Assembly (NCBI GenBank): GCA_964418645.1
Contig: CAYQME010000002.1
Location: forward strand, 385 to 64,384
DNA length: 64,000 nucleotides
DNA from: an uncultured Flavobacteriaceae bacterium
GTDB taxonomy: Bacteria > Bacteroidota > Bacteroidia > Flavobacteriales > Flavobacteriaceae
Direction: 5' to 3'
The notes beneath the pieces are model-generated. The model made no database searches and had not been told where the DNA came from. It worked only from the letters and a program-made list of their open reading frames with translations. The position numbers and the translations under genes are program-made. How positions within the stretch are numbered: the first letter of the stretch is position 1; each line of letters begins with the position of its first letter. Below, piece by piece: positions 29,468 through 39,960 of the stretch.

Positions 29468-31591
29468 TCAATCAATTAATATTTCTAAAATTTTAATAGC
29501 AGCATCACTAATTTTTGTACCAGGGCCAAAAACAGCAACAGCACCTGCATCAAATAAATATTGATAATCTTGTTTAGGGATTACGCCACCAACAATAACC
29601 ATAATATCATCGCGACTATAGTTTTTGAGTGCTTCTATTACCTGAGGAACTAGCGTTTTGTGCCCTGCTGCAAGTGATGACACACCAAGAATATGAACAT
29701 CATTTTCTACAGCTTGTTTGGCAGCTTCTTGTGGAGTTTGGAACAGCGGACCAATATCTACATCAAAGCCAACATCAGCATAACCTGTTGCCACAACTTT
29801 AGCACCTCGGTCATGGCCATCTTGTCCCATTTTTGCAATCATTATCCGAGGTCTTCTACCTTCTTGTTCTGCAAAAACATCAGCTAATTCTTTAGCTTTT
29901 TTAAAGGATTCATCGTTTTTTATTTCTTTACTATACACGCCACTAAATGATTTTATTTGTGCTTTATAACGTCCAAACTCAGCTTCAAGGGCATCGCTAA
30001 TTTCCCCCAATGTGGCACGTTCTCTAGCAGCTTCAACAGCTAAAGCTAGTAAATTTCCTTCTTTTGAACGTGCTACTTCGGTTAATTTTGATATTGCTGC
30101 TTTTACTTTATTATTATTTCTTTCAGATTTAATTCTGTTTAATCGTTCTATTTGTTGATTACGAACGGTTTGATTGTCAACCTCAAGAATATGTAAAGGA
30201 TCTTCCTCTTTCAATCTGTATTTATTAACGCCAACAATAATATCTTGCCCAGAATCTATGCATGCTTGTTTACGTGCAGCAGCTTCTTCAATACGTATTT
30301 TAGGAATGCCAGCCTCAATGGCTTTGGTCATGCCACCTAATCCTTCAACTTCTTGAATAAGTCCCCAAGCTTTTTGTGTGATATCATGCGTTAGTTTTTC
30401 AACGTAGTAACTTCCTGCCCAAGGATCGACTGTTTTAGTGATTTTAGTTTCTTCTTGTAAATAAATTTGTGTATTACGTGCAATTCTTGCTGAAAAATCG
30501 GTTGGTAACGCAATGGCTTCGTCTAAAGCGTTAGTATGTAAGCTTTGTGTGCCTCCAAAGGCAGCTGCAGCAGCTTCAATACAAGTTCTTGATATGTTAT
30601 TAAAAGGATCTTGTTCTGTTAAACTCCAGCCACTAGTTTGGCAATGTGTTCGTAATGCTAGTGATTTTGGGTTTTTTGGGTTGAATTGTTTTATCAATTT
30701 TGCCCAAAGCATTCTAGCTGCCCTTAGTTTTGCAATCTCCATAAAATGATTCATGCCAATTGCCCAGAAGAAGGATATACGAGGTGCAAAAGTATCTATA
30801 TCCATTCCAGTTTCAAGACCTTTTCTTATATATTCTAAGCCATCTGCCAATGTGTAAGCCAATTCAATATCACAAGTTGCACCAGCTTCTTGCATGTGGT
30901 AACCTGATATACTGATACTATTGAATTTTGGCATGTTATTACTGGTAAATTCAAAAATATCTGAAATAATTTTCATGGAGGGTTTAGGCGGATAGATATA
31001 TGTATTTCTCACCATAAATTCTTTAAGAATGTCATTTTGTATCGTTCCTGCTAATTGTTCTGGTTTAACGCCTTGTTCTTCAGCAGCTACAATATAAAAT
31101 GCCATAATTGGCAAAACGGCTCCATTCATAGTCATAGAAATGCTCATTTTATCTAGAGGAATTTGATTGAAAAGAATTTTCATATCCTCTACGCTATCAA
31201 TAGCAACTCCAGCTTTTCCAACATCACCAACTACACGTTCGTGGTCAGAATCATAACCTCTATGTGTTGCCAAATCAAAAGCCACAGAAAGTCCTTTTTG
31301 TCCTGCTTCTAAATTGCGCCTGTAAAAAGCATTACTATCTTCAGCAGTACTAAAACCAGCATATTGACGAATAGTCCACGGTCTCCTAACATACATAGTG
31401 CTATACGGACCACGAAGATAAGGAGGAATACCGGCAACAAAGTTGATGTGTTCTATAGTTTTTAAATCTTCTCTTGAATAGGTCTCTTTAATCTCAATTC
31501 TTTCAGCAGTTAAAAAAGCTTTACTTTTTTTTGATTCTTGACTTGCAACTTCAGATTTAATGGCGATATGTTGTACATTTTTTCTATCCAT
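29468..31591 (-). CDS. mutB: Methylmalonyl-CoA mutase large (catalytic, B12-binding) subunit
   Basis: 707 aa with [28 protein letters not shown] and the C-terminal B12 domain [11 protein letters not shown]. Confidence 0.95.
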   Translation of the reverse strand: MDRKNVQHIAIKSEVASQESKKSKAFLTAERIEIKETYSREDLKTIEHINFVAGIPPYLRGPYSTMYVRRPWTIRQYAGFSTAEDSNAFYRRNLEAGQKGLSVAFDLATHRGYDSDHERVVGDVGKAGVAIDSVEDMKILFNQIPLDKMSISMTMNGAVLPIMAFYIVAAEEQGVKPEQLAGTIQNDILKEFMVRNTYIYPPKPSMKIISDIFEFTSNNMPKFNSISISGYHMQEAGATCDIELAYTLADGLEYIRKGLETGMDIDTFAPRISFFWAIGMNHFMEIAKLRAARMLWAKLIKQFNPKNPKSLALRTHCQTSGWSLTEQDPFNNISRTCIEAAAAAFGGTQSLHTNALDEAIALPTDFSARIARNTQIYLQEETKITKTVDPWAGSYYVEKLTHDITQKAWGLIQEVEGLGGMTKAIEAGIPKIRIEEAAARKQACIDSGQDIIVGVNKYRLKEEDPLHILEVDNQTVRNQQIERLNRIKSERNNNKVKAAISKLTEVARSKEGNLLALAVEAARERATLGEISDALEAEFGRYKAQIKSFSGVYSKEIKNDESFKKAKELADVFAEQEGRRPRIMIAKMGQDGHDRGAKVVATGYADVGFDVDIGPLFQTPQEAAKQAVENDVHILGVSSLAAGHKTLVPQVIEALKNYSRDDIMVIVGGVIPKQDYQYLFDAGAVAVFGPGTKISDAAIKILEILID

Positions 31592-32238
31592 TAAAAAATC
31601 ATTTTTTCTATAAAGGGATCAAAATCAGCTTCAAAGACAGTAGTAAGTTGTACAAATACTGTTTTATCATTTGCAGAAATGATATAAGAGTAATTGAACG
31701 CTTCCTTTTTTAGTTTCTTATCTTTTAATTTATAAACTGATTTAAATAGTTGTTGATTGATATTTCCACCATACTTAACAGAAATTTTAGTAAATGTGAT
31801 ACCACTATTTTTTACTATCTTTTGATTGTTTGATTGAATTAACCCTAGTAACTGACCTGCGCTTTTTTTAGAAAATTTAAAAAATGGGACTGTATTTATG
31901 GTGTATGTAGATTTTGTATTTTTATCAAAGAATATATATAATGATCCTTCTATTTTACCCAATGCATTTAATCTATCGATTTCAAAGTTGTATTCCTTTT
32001 TAGTAACTAAAGAGTCTAGGAGTTTTTGATATTTTGCCAAAGAAATCCTTTCAAAATCTGTAGGTAAATAAATTTTTGTTCCAGTATCATCTAAAAAATG
32101 ATACTTCCCCAGAACATTTTCAGCATTTTCATTCCCCAACCAAGTTTGAGCTTCATTTGCTAGATTAAGACAGGAAACAAAGAGAACAGTAATTGTACTA
32201 ACTATTATAAAAATATATGGTTTGGGTTTAATGCTCAT
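31591..32238 (-). CDS. Hypothetical lipoprotein, coupled to mutB
   Basis: 215 aa with lipobox-like FVSC. Its stop overlaps the mutB start as TAATG. Confidence 0.55.
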   Translation of the reverse strand: MSIKPKPYIFIIVSTITVLFVSCLNLANEAQTWLGNENAENVLGKYHFLDDTGTKIYLPTDFERISLAKYQKLLDSLVTKKEYNFEIDRLNALGKIEGSLYIFFDKNTKSTYTINTVPFFKFSKKSAGQLLGLIQSNNQKIVKNSGITFTKISVKYGGNINQQLFKSVYKLKDKKLKKEAFNYSYIISANDKTVFVQLTTVFEADFDPFIEKMIF

Positions 32239-32272
32239 TTTTAATTTGTATATAATTGTTTTATTAAAGTAA

Positions 32273-32968
32273 TTATTGTTTTAAGCTATCTTGTTTTGTT
32301 TTTGTCTTTTTGTTTTTCTTCACTGTGCCAAGTTTTGTTAAATTTTCAGGATCTACATTATAGATTAACCCATTTTCTTTTTGCTCTTCAACATAATCTG
32401 GCGCACTCATTTGTATTAGTTTAGTATAAAACATATCTAGAGCAACATAAGTTGCAAGTGCTCTATCTTTTTTTGCCATTAAGTGCCTTTTAGTATATAA
32501 AACGGGACCTAAAACTTCTGTAGTTAATGTGCCTGAAGAAGATAACACATCTATGGTTGTATTCATTTCTTTATCCTGTATATTTTCAATAATACAGTTT
32601 ACTAATTCATTATGGTAATTTAGTCTTAGACGAGTTCCTTTACTAGTCCATAAATCTTTATCGTTTTTTAAAACATTAACCACCTCTTTTAAATGATCAT
32701 TAAAAAACTCTTTTGCTGGAGGCCTATTATTTATTAGTAATTTTAAATAATTATTATAGCCTTCAGCAACTGTATTTCCTAAAAAAGTATAATGCTTTGA
32801 TATGTAATCCTCAAAAGTGTAAACAGCTTCTTTTATTAATTCCATGTCTCCACCTGAAGAGCAAGCTACCAAATCATCCTTATCAGAATATAGGTATTCT
32901 AATTTTTGTTGTTTACAACTGTTAAAAAGTAAAGTAATTACAACTAGTAAAAAAAAGATATTTTTCAT
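32273..32968 (-). CDS. Hypothetical lipoprotein
   Basis: 231 aa with lipobox FNSC and a basic C-terminal tail (KKNKKTKTKQDSLKQ). It starts 3 bp after the mutA stop. Confidence 0.55.
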   Translation of the reverse strand: MKNIFFLLVVITLLFNSCKQQKLEYLYSDKDDLVACSSGGDMELIKEAVYTFEDYISKHYTFLGNTVAEGYNNYLKLLINNRPPAKEFFNDHLKEVVNVLKNDKDLWTSKGTRLRLNYHNELVNCIIENIQDKEMNTTIDVLSSSGTLTTEVLGPVLYTKRHLMAKKDRALATYVALDMFYTKLIQMSAPDYVEEQKENGLIYNVDPENLTKLGTVKKNKKTKTKQDSLKQ

Positions 32969-32971
32969 TTC

Positions 32972-34330
32972 TTATTCAATTTTTAAGCGTTTTTGTTCTA
33001 ATTTTTCAGATAAGCGTTTTTCTAAGATTGGTTCAATCAAAGTTTTCCTTGGATTGGTTTTTACAAAAGGATACAACTCTAACTCATTAGCCATTTTATC
33101 ATTGGGATTTAGGTGTTTATTTGTTCCTAATAAAATAAGTTCCTCATTATCCATTTGTTGTTGTTCTAAAGTAGCGCTCTCTTTTATTTTTCGCTGAATC
33201 GTACCGTCTTTTAACTGTTTTAAAAAACCACCATTTGATTCTATGTTTTTAAAAAGGGATAGTCCTTTTTTAGCAAATTGTTGTGTTAATTTTTCAATAT
33301 AATAAGAGCCATCGGCTGGATTATTCACTGCATTAAAATAACTCTCATGTTTGAGTATCAATAATTGATTACGTGCGATACGTTCTCCAAATTCGTTGTC
33401 TTTATGGTAAATAGTATCGTAGGGCAAATTGCAAATTGTATTTGCACCTCCTAAAATAGCACTCATACATTCTGTTGTGGTACGCAGCATATTTGTATTG
33501 TAATCATATAGAGTTTTATTGCGTTTTGAAGGTGTTACAATAATATGGCAGTCTGATTTAATTCCATATTCTGAAGCTAAGGTTTTCCATAATAAACGTA
33601 AAGCACGAAGTTTAGCAATTTCAAAAAAATAATTTGAACCAACAGAAATATTAAACGCTATATTGTTTTGAATTTTCTCTTTAAGATGATTTAAATATTC
33701 ATTAGCATGTGCCATAGCATATGCTAACTGTTGAATTATGGTTGCCCCAGCATTTTGATATATAGAGACATCAATAGACAAACTAGATTTTAATTCCCCT
33801 GTATTTTTGATGATGTCTTCAAAAACGCTATGGTCTTTGTATAAATTAGTAAACCAATTTCCAGTCTTTGCAAGGTTGCCAATAATATCTGTATTTATAT
33901 ATACATTAGAAGAAAAGGCAGAAAGTTTTTTTACAAATTTTTCTGAAAGAAAGTTTAGTTCAAAATGAATAGAAGTAGAAGCAAAATCTATGTTTTGTAA
34001 CAAAGTTTCAATAGAAATATCAGCATTTGGAATAATGAATTTTATACTTTCTGCTCCTCGTTGTAATGCATCAATAGCTTTTGCATTGGATTTTTCGGTA
34101 TTTGCTACAAATATAGATTGACAAATTTTCCATGCAGTTACTTTTGTTGATGACACATTAGGAAATTCCTTAAAATCATCAGCATGGTAAAATGGTTTTA
34201 CATCAATTCCTTCAAGAGAATTCCAAACCAGAGTCTTGTTATAATCAGCTCCTTTTAAATCAGTTTGAATTTTTTGCTTCCAAGCTTTTGCCGAAACAGG
34301 TTCAAATTCGTTAAACAATGATTTACTCAT
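32972..34330 (-). CDS. mutA: Methylmalonyl-CoA mutase small subunit
   Basis: 452 aa, mutase TIM-barrel-like (FFEIAKLRALRLLW) without a B12-binding tail. Confidence 0.8.
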   Translation of the reverse strand: MSKSLFNEFEPVSAKAWKQKIQTDLKGADYNKTLVWNSLEGIDVKPFYHADDFKEFPNVSSTKVTAWKICQSIFVANTEKSNAKAIDALQRGAESIKFIIPNADISIETLLQNIDFASTSIHFELNFLSEKFVKKLSAFSSNVYINTDIIGNLAKTGNWFTNLYKDHSVFEDIIKNTGELKSSLSIDVSIYQNAGATIIQQLAYAMAHANEYLNHLKEKIQNNIAFNISVGSNYFFEIAKLRALRLLWKTLASEYGIKSDCHIIVTPSKRNKTLYDYNTNMLRTTTECMSAILGGANTICNLPYDTIYHKDNEFGERIARNQLLILKHESYFNAVNNPADGSYYIEKLTQQFAKKGLSLFKNIESNGGFLKQLKDGTIQRKIKESATLEQQQMDNEELILLGTNKHLNPNDKMANELELYPFVKTNPRKTLIEPILEKRLSEKLEQKRLKIE

Positions 34331-34658
34331 CTTCTTTTTGTTTTACAAGGCTATCTTCGTATTCTATGAGATAAATTTCTTCATCTTTTTTCTTCATATG
34401 GTATTTTTCTCTTCCATATTTTTCTAAACCTTCCTCATTGCTTAATTTTTTTATTTTTCTATTATCTTTTTCTATTTCCTTTTTATAATATTCTTTTTCA
34501 GCTTTTAAGGCTTCTATTTCATTGTTCAATTCGTTATGAATAAACCAAGAATTACTATCAAAAAATAGCATCCAAATAACAAACACTATAAAAATAAGAA
34601 AGAAGATATTTTTAAATGGTTTTAAAAAATGTTTATATGTATTTGCAAAATTTACCAT
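34323..34658 (-). CDS. Septum formation initiator (FtsB/DivIC-like) protein
   Basis: 111 aa with one TM followed by a coiled coil (NNEIEALKAEKEYYKKEIEKDNRKIKKL). Confidence 0.65.
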   Translation of the reverse strand: MVNFANTYKHFLKPFKNIFFLIFIVFVIWMLFFDSNSWFIHNELNNEIEALKAEKEYYKKEIEKDNRKIKKLSNEEGLEKYGREKYHMKKKDEEIYLIEYEDSLVKQKEDE

Positions 34659-35264
34659 TTACAACCGTTCATTAATTATTGTTCGTACAATATCAACAGC
34701 TACAGTATTGTATTTATTGTTTGGTATTATAATATCGGCAAACTCTTTCATAGGTTCAATAAATTGATCGTGCATAGGTTTCAATGTATTTTGATATCGT
34801 GATAAAACTTCGTCAAGATCTCTTCCGCGTTCTGCAATATCTCGCTTTAGGCGTCGTATTAAACGTTCATCACTATCTGCATGAACAAATATTTTAATAT
34901 CAAACATATCTCTTAGCTTAGGATTTGTGAGGATTAAAATACCTTCAACAATCATAACTTTTCTTGGATGCGTTAATATGGTATCTCCAGTTCTATTATG
35001 CTTAACAAAAGAATATACAGGTTGTTGTATAGGTTTTTGAGTTTTTAATTTTTTTAAGTGTTTTGTTAAAAGATTAAAATCAATAGATCTTGGGTGGTCA
35101 AAATTCATTTTAACACGTTCTTCATAACTTAAATGGGTGGTGTCCATATAGTAGGAATCTTGGGAAATCACACCAACTTCACCTTCGGGAAGCTCGTTTA
35201 ATATTTGATTTACAACAGTAGTTTTACCACATCCTGTTCCACCTGTGATTCCAATAATAAGCAT
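34659..35264 (-). CDS. udk: Uridine kinase
   Basis: P-loop GITGGTGCGKTT, NFDHP and VEGIL. Confidence 0.9.
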   Translation of the reverse strand: MLIIGITGGTGCGKTTVVNQILNELPEGEVGVISQDSYYMDTTHLSYEERVKMNFDHPRSIDFNLLTKHLKKLKTQKPIQQPVYSFVKHNRTGDTILTHPRKVMIVEGILILTNPKLRDMFDIKIFVHADSDERLIRRLKRDIAERGRDLDEVLSRYQNTLKPMHDQFIEPMKEFADIIIPNNKYNTVAVDIVRTIINERL

Positions 35265-35435
35265 GATTAATTCTTTTGGTATTAGTTGGACAAATTTAGT
35301 ATTATTTCTTCGGAATAATTTTAACTATCTCAACATTTTCAAAATGATAAGAGATTTTATTTAATAACTAATACGTAAAATTATTTAAGACTGAAAAAAT
35401 GAATGCAAAAATGTTTTCATTTTAAAGAAAACCTT

Positions 35436-35443
35436 TATATTTG
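35436..35443 (+). promoter_or_regulatory. Candidate -7 promoter box (TATATTTG) for tRNA-Pro
   Basis: Exact TAnnTTTG match, 13 bp upstream of the tRNA 5' end. Confidence 0.5.
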
Positions 35444-35455
35444 CAACTTGTTTTT

Positions 35456-35530
35456 CGGGGTGTAGCGTAGCCCGGTTATCGCGCCGCGTTTGGGACGCGG
35501 AGGTCGCAGGTTCGAATCCTGCCACCCCGA
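35456..35530 (+). tRNA. tRNA-Pro (anticodon UGG)
   Basis: Hand-folded cloverleaf. Acceptor CGGGGTG/CACCCCG; anticodon stem CCGCG/CGCGG with loop TTTGGGA (anticodon TGG, G37); T arm GCAGG-TTCGAAT-CCTGC; discriminator A; no encoded CCA. Confidence 0.9.
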
Positions 35531-35536
35531 CTTTAA

Positions 35537-35564
35537 AGCTGAATCATTAGGTTCAGCTTTTTTT
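35537..35564 (+). terminator. Rho-independent terminator after tRNA-Pro
   Basis: Stem agctgaa / ttcagct followed by a T6 run. Confidence 0.7.
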
Positions 35565-35595
35565 GTTAGATTATGCTAATACAATGTAGTTATTA

Positions 35596-36849
35596 TTAAA
35601 ATTTAATATTTAAGTCTACTCTAAATCGATTACCCGATTCTAACTGATCGTCACTTGCCATTCTTCTTTGCAAAGCTTCTACATTGTAGTAACGTGCCAC
35701 GATATTGAAATCTTTGCCAATGGTATATACCATACGAAACTCGTGACCACCATAGTTGGTATTTCTATTAGCATGAATATTTCCCCATCTTACCCAATCA
35801 TCTTCTGTGAAATAACTCACAACCGAAAACATTTCTTTATGGGCATAGTAATAAGCAAACTGCCAATCTCCTTTATCTTTAGAACGCCCAATGGCCAACG
35901 AAGCAGTATGGCTTGTTGTCTGATCTTTGAGTTCATCTCTAAAACCAAGATCATTAAATGTTTGTGAATATTTATTATCAGAATAATCCTCTAAGTTGCT
36001 CACTATATCATAGCCAATTGTTACCGGCCATTTTTCACTTATAAGAGAAGAAACTTTATATTGAAGTGAAGCCATTAAAAAATTATAATCTAAAGACAAA
36101 TAAGACCCTGTAGACCCTGAAGCATCAAATGAGAGTTCAGTTGAGGTGAAAATACCACTCATTCCGTAGTAACCGACCGATGCAATGCCCTGATAATTAT
36201 CTTTTTTATGTGTAAGTTTTAGTTGTGCTCCAATAATCTCCCCATAATTATCACCATTACCAAATCCTGTACCACTTCCATTAAAAGGGGAAGATGAATT
36301 ACCCTCAACAGGAATATTGTTAGCCATAAAATACGCTACTGTAGGTGCAAACTCGACTGCTCCGGTTTTATATTTCGCTCCAAAGACTAAGCCTTCAGGT
36401 GTAACATCATCATCCCAGAATAATTCATTTTGCTTCCAGAAAGGAAAACTATTTTTTCCTACCCAACCCCAGTAATCACCTTTTTGATATTTAAAATATA
36501 TCTTGTCAAGATTAAACGGCACCATTCCAAACCCTTTGTATCCAAAATTTACATGGGGAGATTGAATACTTGTTGGGACTCCAGTCCTAAGTCTAAGACC
36601 TAACTGTATGTTTTCATTCCAATTGTAAACGGCTCCAAAACGCATTCGGTAACGCAATCTAAAACGATCTTCTCTTTTACCAACGCCATCATTACTGGAA
36701 GAGCTAGAATTTTTAGAATTCCAATCATATTCAGTTCTGAATCGAAAATCACCATAAAACTGGAGTTTTTTATTGTCTTTTTGTGCATTGATTTTTGAGA
36801 CTGATATTAGCGAAAGCAATAATAGGAGAAGTAAATAAAGTTCTTTCAT
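35596..36849 (-). CDS. Outer-membrane beta-barrel protein (putative porin)
   Basis: Signal peptide, alternating beta-strand pattern rich in aromatic residues, and a C-terminal aromatic residue (..DLNIKF). Confidence 0.55.
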   Translation of the reverse strand: MKELYLLLLLLLSLISVSKINAQKDNKKLQFYGDFRFRTEYDWNSKNSSSSSNDGVGKREDRFRLRYRMRFGAVYNWNENIQLGLRLRTGVPTSIQSPHVNFGYKGFGMVPFNLDKIYFKYQKGDYWGWVGKNSFPFWKQNELFWDDDVTPEGLVFGAKYKTGAVEFAPTVAYFMANNIPVEGNSSSPFNGSGTGFGNGDNYGEIIGAQLKLTHKKDNYQGIASVGYYGMSGIFTSTELSFDASGSTGSYLSLDYNFLMASLQYKVSSLISEKWPVTIGYDIVSNLEDYSDNKYSQTFNDLGFRDELKDQTTSHTASLAIGRSKDKGDWQFAYYYAHKEMFSVVSYFTEDDWVRWGNIHANRNTNYGGHEFRMVYTIGKDFNIVARYYNVEALQRRMASDDQLESGNRFRVDLNIKF

Positions 36850-37106
36850 AATTAAATTATCGAGTTGTATAATTACTATATATGGAAAGGGCTAAAATAA
36901 CATGAATAGAAATTTAAATGACATGATAATTATCAGTTAAAATCAAAGGAATTATTTTTATCTTTTCAAATTTATAACAGGGCAAGTATTGTTGTTATAG
37001 TGATTTGTAAATGATTATTTATTTTTATAATTATTTATGATTAATCAATTTTTTATTTTTATAAGAACTGTTGATAACTTCTAAGTAAGGATTTAAGCAA
37101 AAAAGC

Positions 37107-37114
37107 TACTTTTG
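37107..37114 (+). promoter_or_regulatory. Candidate -7 promoter box (TACTTTTG) for trxB
   Basis: Exact TAnnTTTG match, 26 bp upstream of the ATG at 37140. Confidence 0.45.
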
Positions 37115-37139
37115 CTTTGTTATAAATAAGAATACAATT

Positions 37140-38102
37140 ATGTCAGAAACAATAGAAAAAGTAAAATGTTTAATTATTGGCTCAGGACCTGCTGGATATA
37201 CTGCAGCAATTTATGCTTCTAGAGCTAATATGTTTCCAGTTTTGTATCAAGGCACACAACCTGGAGGTCAATTAACTACAACAACTGAAGTTGATAATTT
37301 CCCTGGCTATCCTGAAGGGATTTCTGGACCAGAGATGATGATAGAATTACAAAAGCAAGCCGAACGTTTCGGAACAGATATACGTGATGGTTGGATTACC
37401 AAAGTAGATTTTTCAAGTGATGTACATAAAGTATGGGTAAATGAAACCAAAGAAATTCATTGTGATACTGTAATTATATCTACGGGAGCTTCTGCAAAAT
37501 ATTTAGGATTAGAATCTGAACAAAAATATTTAAAACTTGGTGGAGGTGTTTCGGCATGTGCTGTTTGTGATGGATTCTTTTATAAAAACCAAGAAGTGGT
37601 TATAGTAGGTGCAGGGGATTCAGCTTGTGAGGAAGCACATTATTTATCTAATTTATGTACTAAAGTAACCATGTTGGTTCGTAGAGACGAATTTAGAGCT
37701 TCAAAAATTATGGCTACTAGAGTAAAGAATACTGAGAATATTGAAATTATGTTTAATACTGAAACTAATGAAGTTTTAGGCGATGGACAAGTAGTAACTG
37801 GAGTGAGAGCAAAAAACAATATAACTGGAGATACTATTGATATTCCTGCTACAGGATTTTTTGTTGCTATTGGGCATAAACCAAATACCGATATTTTTAA
37901 AGATTATTTAGACTTAGATGAAACGGGATATATTATTAATGTTCATGGAACTTCCAAAACTAATATTGAAGGCGTATTTGTTAGTGGTGATGCTGCTGAT
38001 CATGTGTACAGACAGGCTGTTACTGCTGCGGGAACAGGATGCATGGCAGCTTTAGATGCTGAACGTTATTTAGCGGCTAAAGAATCTACAATTGAAGTTT
38101 AA
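37140..38102 (+). CDS. trxB: Thioredoxin-disulfide reductase
   Basis: GSGPAGYTAA (FAD), redox-active CAVCDG and GAGDSACEEA (NADPH). Confidence 0.95.
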   Translation: MSETIEKVKCLIIGSGPAGYTAAIYASRANMFPVLYQGTQPGGQLTTTTEVDNFPGYPEGISGPEMMIELQKQAERFGTDIRDGWITKVDFSSDVHKVWVNETKEIHCDTVIISTGASAKYLGLESEQKYLKLGGGVSACAVCDGFFYKNQEVVIVGAGDSACEEAHYLSNLCTKVTMLVRRDEFRASKIMATRVKNTENIEIMFNTETNEVLGDGQVVTGVRAKNNITGDTIDIPATGFFVAIGHKPNTDIFKDYLDLDETGYIINVHGTSKTNIEGVFVSGDAADHVYRQAVTAAGTGCMAALDAERYLAAKESTIEV

Positions 38103-38120
38103 ATTTAAGTTTAGGATATC

Positions 38121-38149
38121 AAAAAGGTGAAGCAATTGCTTCACCTTTT
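38121..38149. terminator. Bidirectional rho-independent terminator between trxB and the head-GIN gene
   Basis: Perfect 10-bp stem aaggtgaagc / gcttcacctt, loop aatt, with A and T runs on both sides. Confidence 0.75.
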
Positions 38150-38153
38150 CTGT

Positions 38154-38999
38154 TTAAGGTTTCATTTCCTTTTTATAAAGTTTAGCTGTGTCAATAAATT
38201 TATTAATGACAATTTTTGGATTATTATAAATCGATATTTCACTACTCCCTAAAGCTTGTATGCATAAGTTTTCTATAACATGAACAGAAATAGTACTACT
38301 ACCTTCACTTAGCAATTCACAGTTGTTTACTGCAAGATCTTTACCAATAAATTTTGAAGAATTATCCGTTCGAATATTTAATGTGTTAAGTGTTCCTTCA
38401 ATTTTAGCATCTGCACTTTGATACATATCAATTTGCAAACTATCTGCATTTATAATTGCATCAAGTTTACTGTTTTCACTTAATTCTAGAGTTACTAAAT
38501 TAGTAGTAAGATTAAGTTTTATCCTTGCACGATCGCCGTTTGTTAATTTAATTTTTTTTGCTTTTATATTAAGATATGCTCTTGATGACCCTAAATTTTT
38601 TAAAATAAGTTCATCCAAACTCACAGTAGTAAGTGAACTTATTTCACCATTATCTAGTGTTTCTATGTTTTTTAAAGTTTTTGTATAAATAACTTTAATG
38701 CTTATCTTTTTACTCGAGGTAATCTTTTTAAGAGTTTGAAATTTTAGTGTGCTGTCAACAACATTAAAGCTTATAATATCGTGAAGATTATCGTCAGCTT
38801 CAATAAAAACTAATGCTTCATTGCCTTCAATAATATCAACCTTAAAGTTTTCACCTATAATAATACTATTAAACGAATTGACTTTAGTTTCTCTAGGAGT
38901 TACATTTCTATCACCTTTTATTTTTTCTTTTTGCTGACAAAATCCTGAAGCTGATAAAAGAGTAATAATTGCGATTATAAGGGCTTTCTTTCTCATCAT
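38154..38999 (-). CDS. Head-GIN / DUF2807 (toast-rack-like beta-solenoid) domain protein, secreted
   Basis: Start taken at MMRKKALIIAIITLLSASGFC (38999). Repetitive beta-strand units with GS/SS turns, similar to the neighbouring gene. Confidence 0.6.
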   Translation of the reverse strand: MMRKKALIIAIITLLSASGFCQQKEKIKGDRNVTPRETKVNSFNSIIIGENFKVDIIEGNEALVFIEADDNLHDIISFNVVDSTLKFQTLKKITSSKKISIKVIYTKTLKNIETLDNGEISSLTTVSLDELILKNLGSSRAYLNIKAKKIKLTNGDRARIKLNLTTNLVTLELSENSKLDAIINADSLQIDMYQSADAKIEGTLNTLNIRTDNSSKFIGKDLAVNNCELLSEGSSTISVHVIENLCIQALGSSEISIYNNPKIVINKFIDTAKLYKKEMKP

Positions 39000-39027
39000 G
39001 TTTATTTTGTGTACAACAAATATATGC

Positions 39028-39066
39028 AAAAAACCATCTCAAAGGTGTTAAATATCTTTGAGATGG
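39028..39066 (-). terminator. Rho-independent terminator between the two head-GIN genes
   Basis: Perfect 11-bp stem ccatctcaaag / ctttgagatgg, followed by T6 on the minus strand. Confidence 0.7.
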
Positions 39067-39117
39067 CTAAACATGATTGATTAGAATCCTATTTTCAGAG
39101 CATAGGGTTTGATTGGT

Positions 39118-39846
39118 TTATTGCTTTCTTATACTACCAGAAACACCATCTTTTTTACTTATCTTTTCAGGATTTCCATAGTATTTTATATCGCCACCAC
39201 TTGAAGCTTTTGCATATAATTCTTTTGATGTATTTACTGTTATATCGGCACCACTACTTGCTCTTGCTTCACAAGTATTGGTTTTTAAATTTCCTGCTTT
39301 AATATCACTTCCGCTAGATGCATCAGCGTAAAGCTTATCTGTTTTTCCAGATAATCGTAAATCACTTCCACTACTAGAGCTACATTCAATAACATGGGTG
39401 TCGACTTCAAGTTCCATATCACTTCCACTTGTGGTATGAAGTTCTAAACTTTCAGTAGTTATAGTATTTGTTGAATACACGTCACTACCACTAGTTGCAG
39501 TTATTTTTTCAATATAATTAATACTAAGCATTACTTTTTTTGAAGCTGCATAGCTAATGTTTTCATCAGCATAAATGCGTAATACATTATTCTCAACTTT
39601 TGTCATAATAATGTCTTGTAAGTTTTCATCTGCTTGAACGTTTAAACTTACATTATCACCTTGAGTGATATATACATCTAACCCACGACTTATTTTAATT
39701 TCGTTAAAGTCATTGCTAATGTTGCGGTCAATGGTTTTTACGTTTCCGTTTCCTTTTACCCCAAAACCAAAGTTGGAGTTGAACTGGCAGGACATAAGCA
39801 TAATGCTTAGTATAATGCCTACGATAAATTTTGTGATAGTTGTCAT
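39118..39846 (-). CDS. Head-GIN / DUF2807 domain lipoprotein
   Basis: Lipobox LMSC and six roughly 20-aa units each containing SGSD, SGAD or SGGD, typical of the DUF2807 solenoid. Confidence 0.7.
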   Translation of the reverse strand: MTTITKFIVGIILSIMLMSCQFNSNFGFGVKGNGNVKTIDRNISNDFNEIKISRGLDVYITQGDNVSLNVQADENLQDIIMTKVENNVLRIYADENISYAASKKVMLSINYIEKITATSGSDVYSTNTITTESLELHTTSGSDMELEVDTHVIECSSSSGSDLRLSGKTDKLYADASSGSDIKAGNLKTNTCEARASSGADITVNTSKELYAKASSGGDIKYYGNPEKISKKDGVSGSIRKQ

Positions 39847-39960
39847 AATAGTATTTTTTTTGATTGAATTTTTAATAAAAGTATTTATAATATTTATTTG
39901 TTTATAATTTTAATATCTGAATTGTAATAGTTTAAGGATGAATTGTTAATCGTCTTCAAT

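Noticed and set aside
36850-37139. 290-bp AT-rich intergenic region between the porin and trxB, considered as a possible oriC, sRNA or riboswitch
   Set aside because: I saw no DnaA-box cluster (TTATCCACA-like). I saw only low-complexity A/T repeats (atttttataa twice) and no convincing conserved-looking structure. It most likely just holds two divergent promoters.
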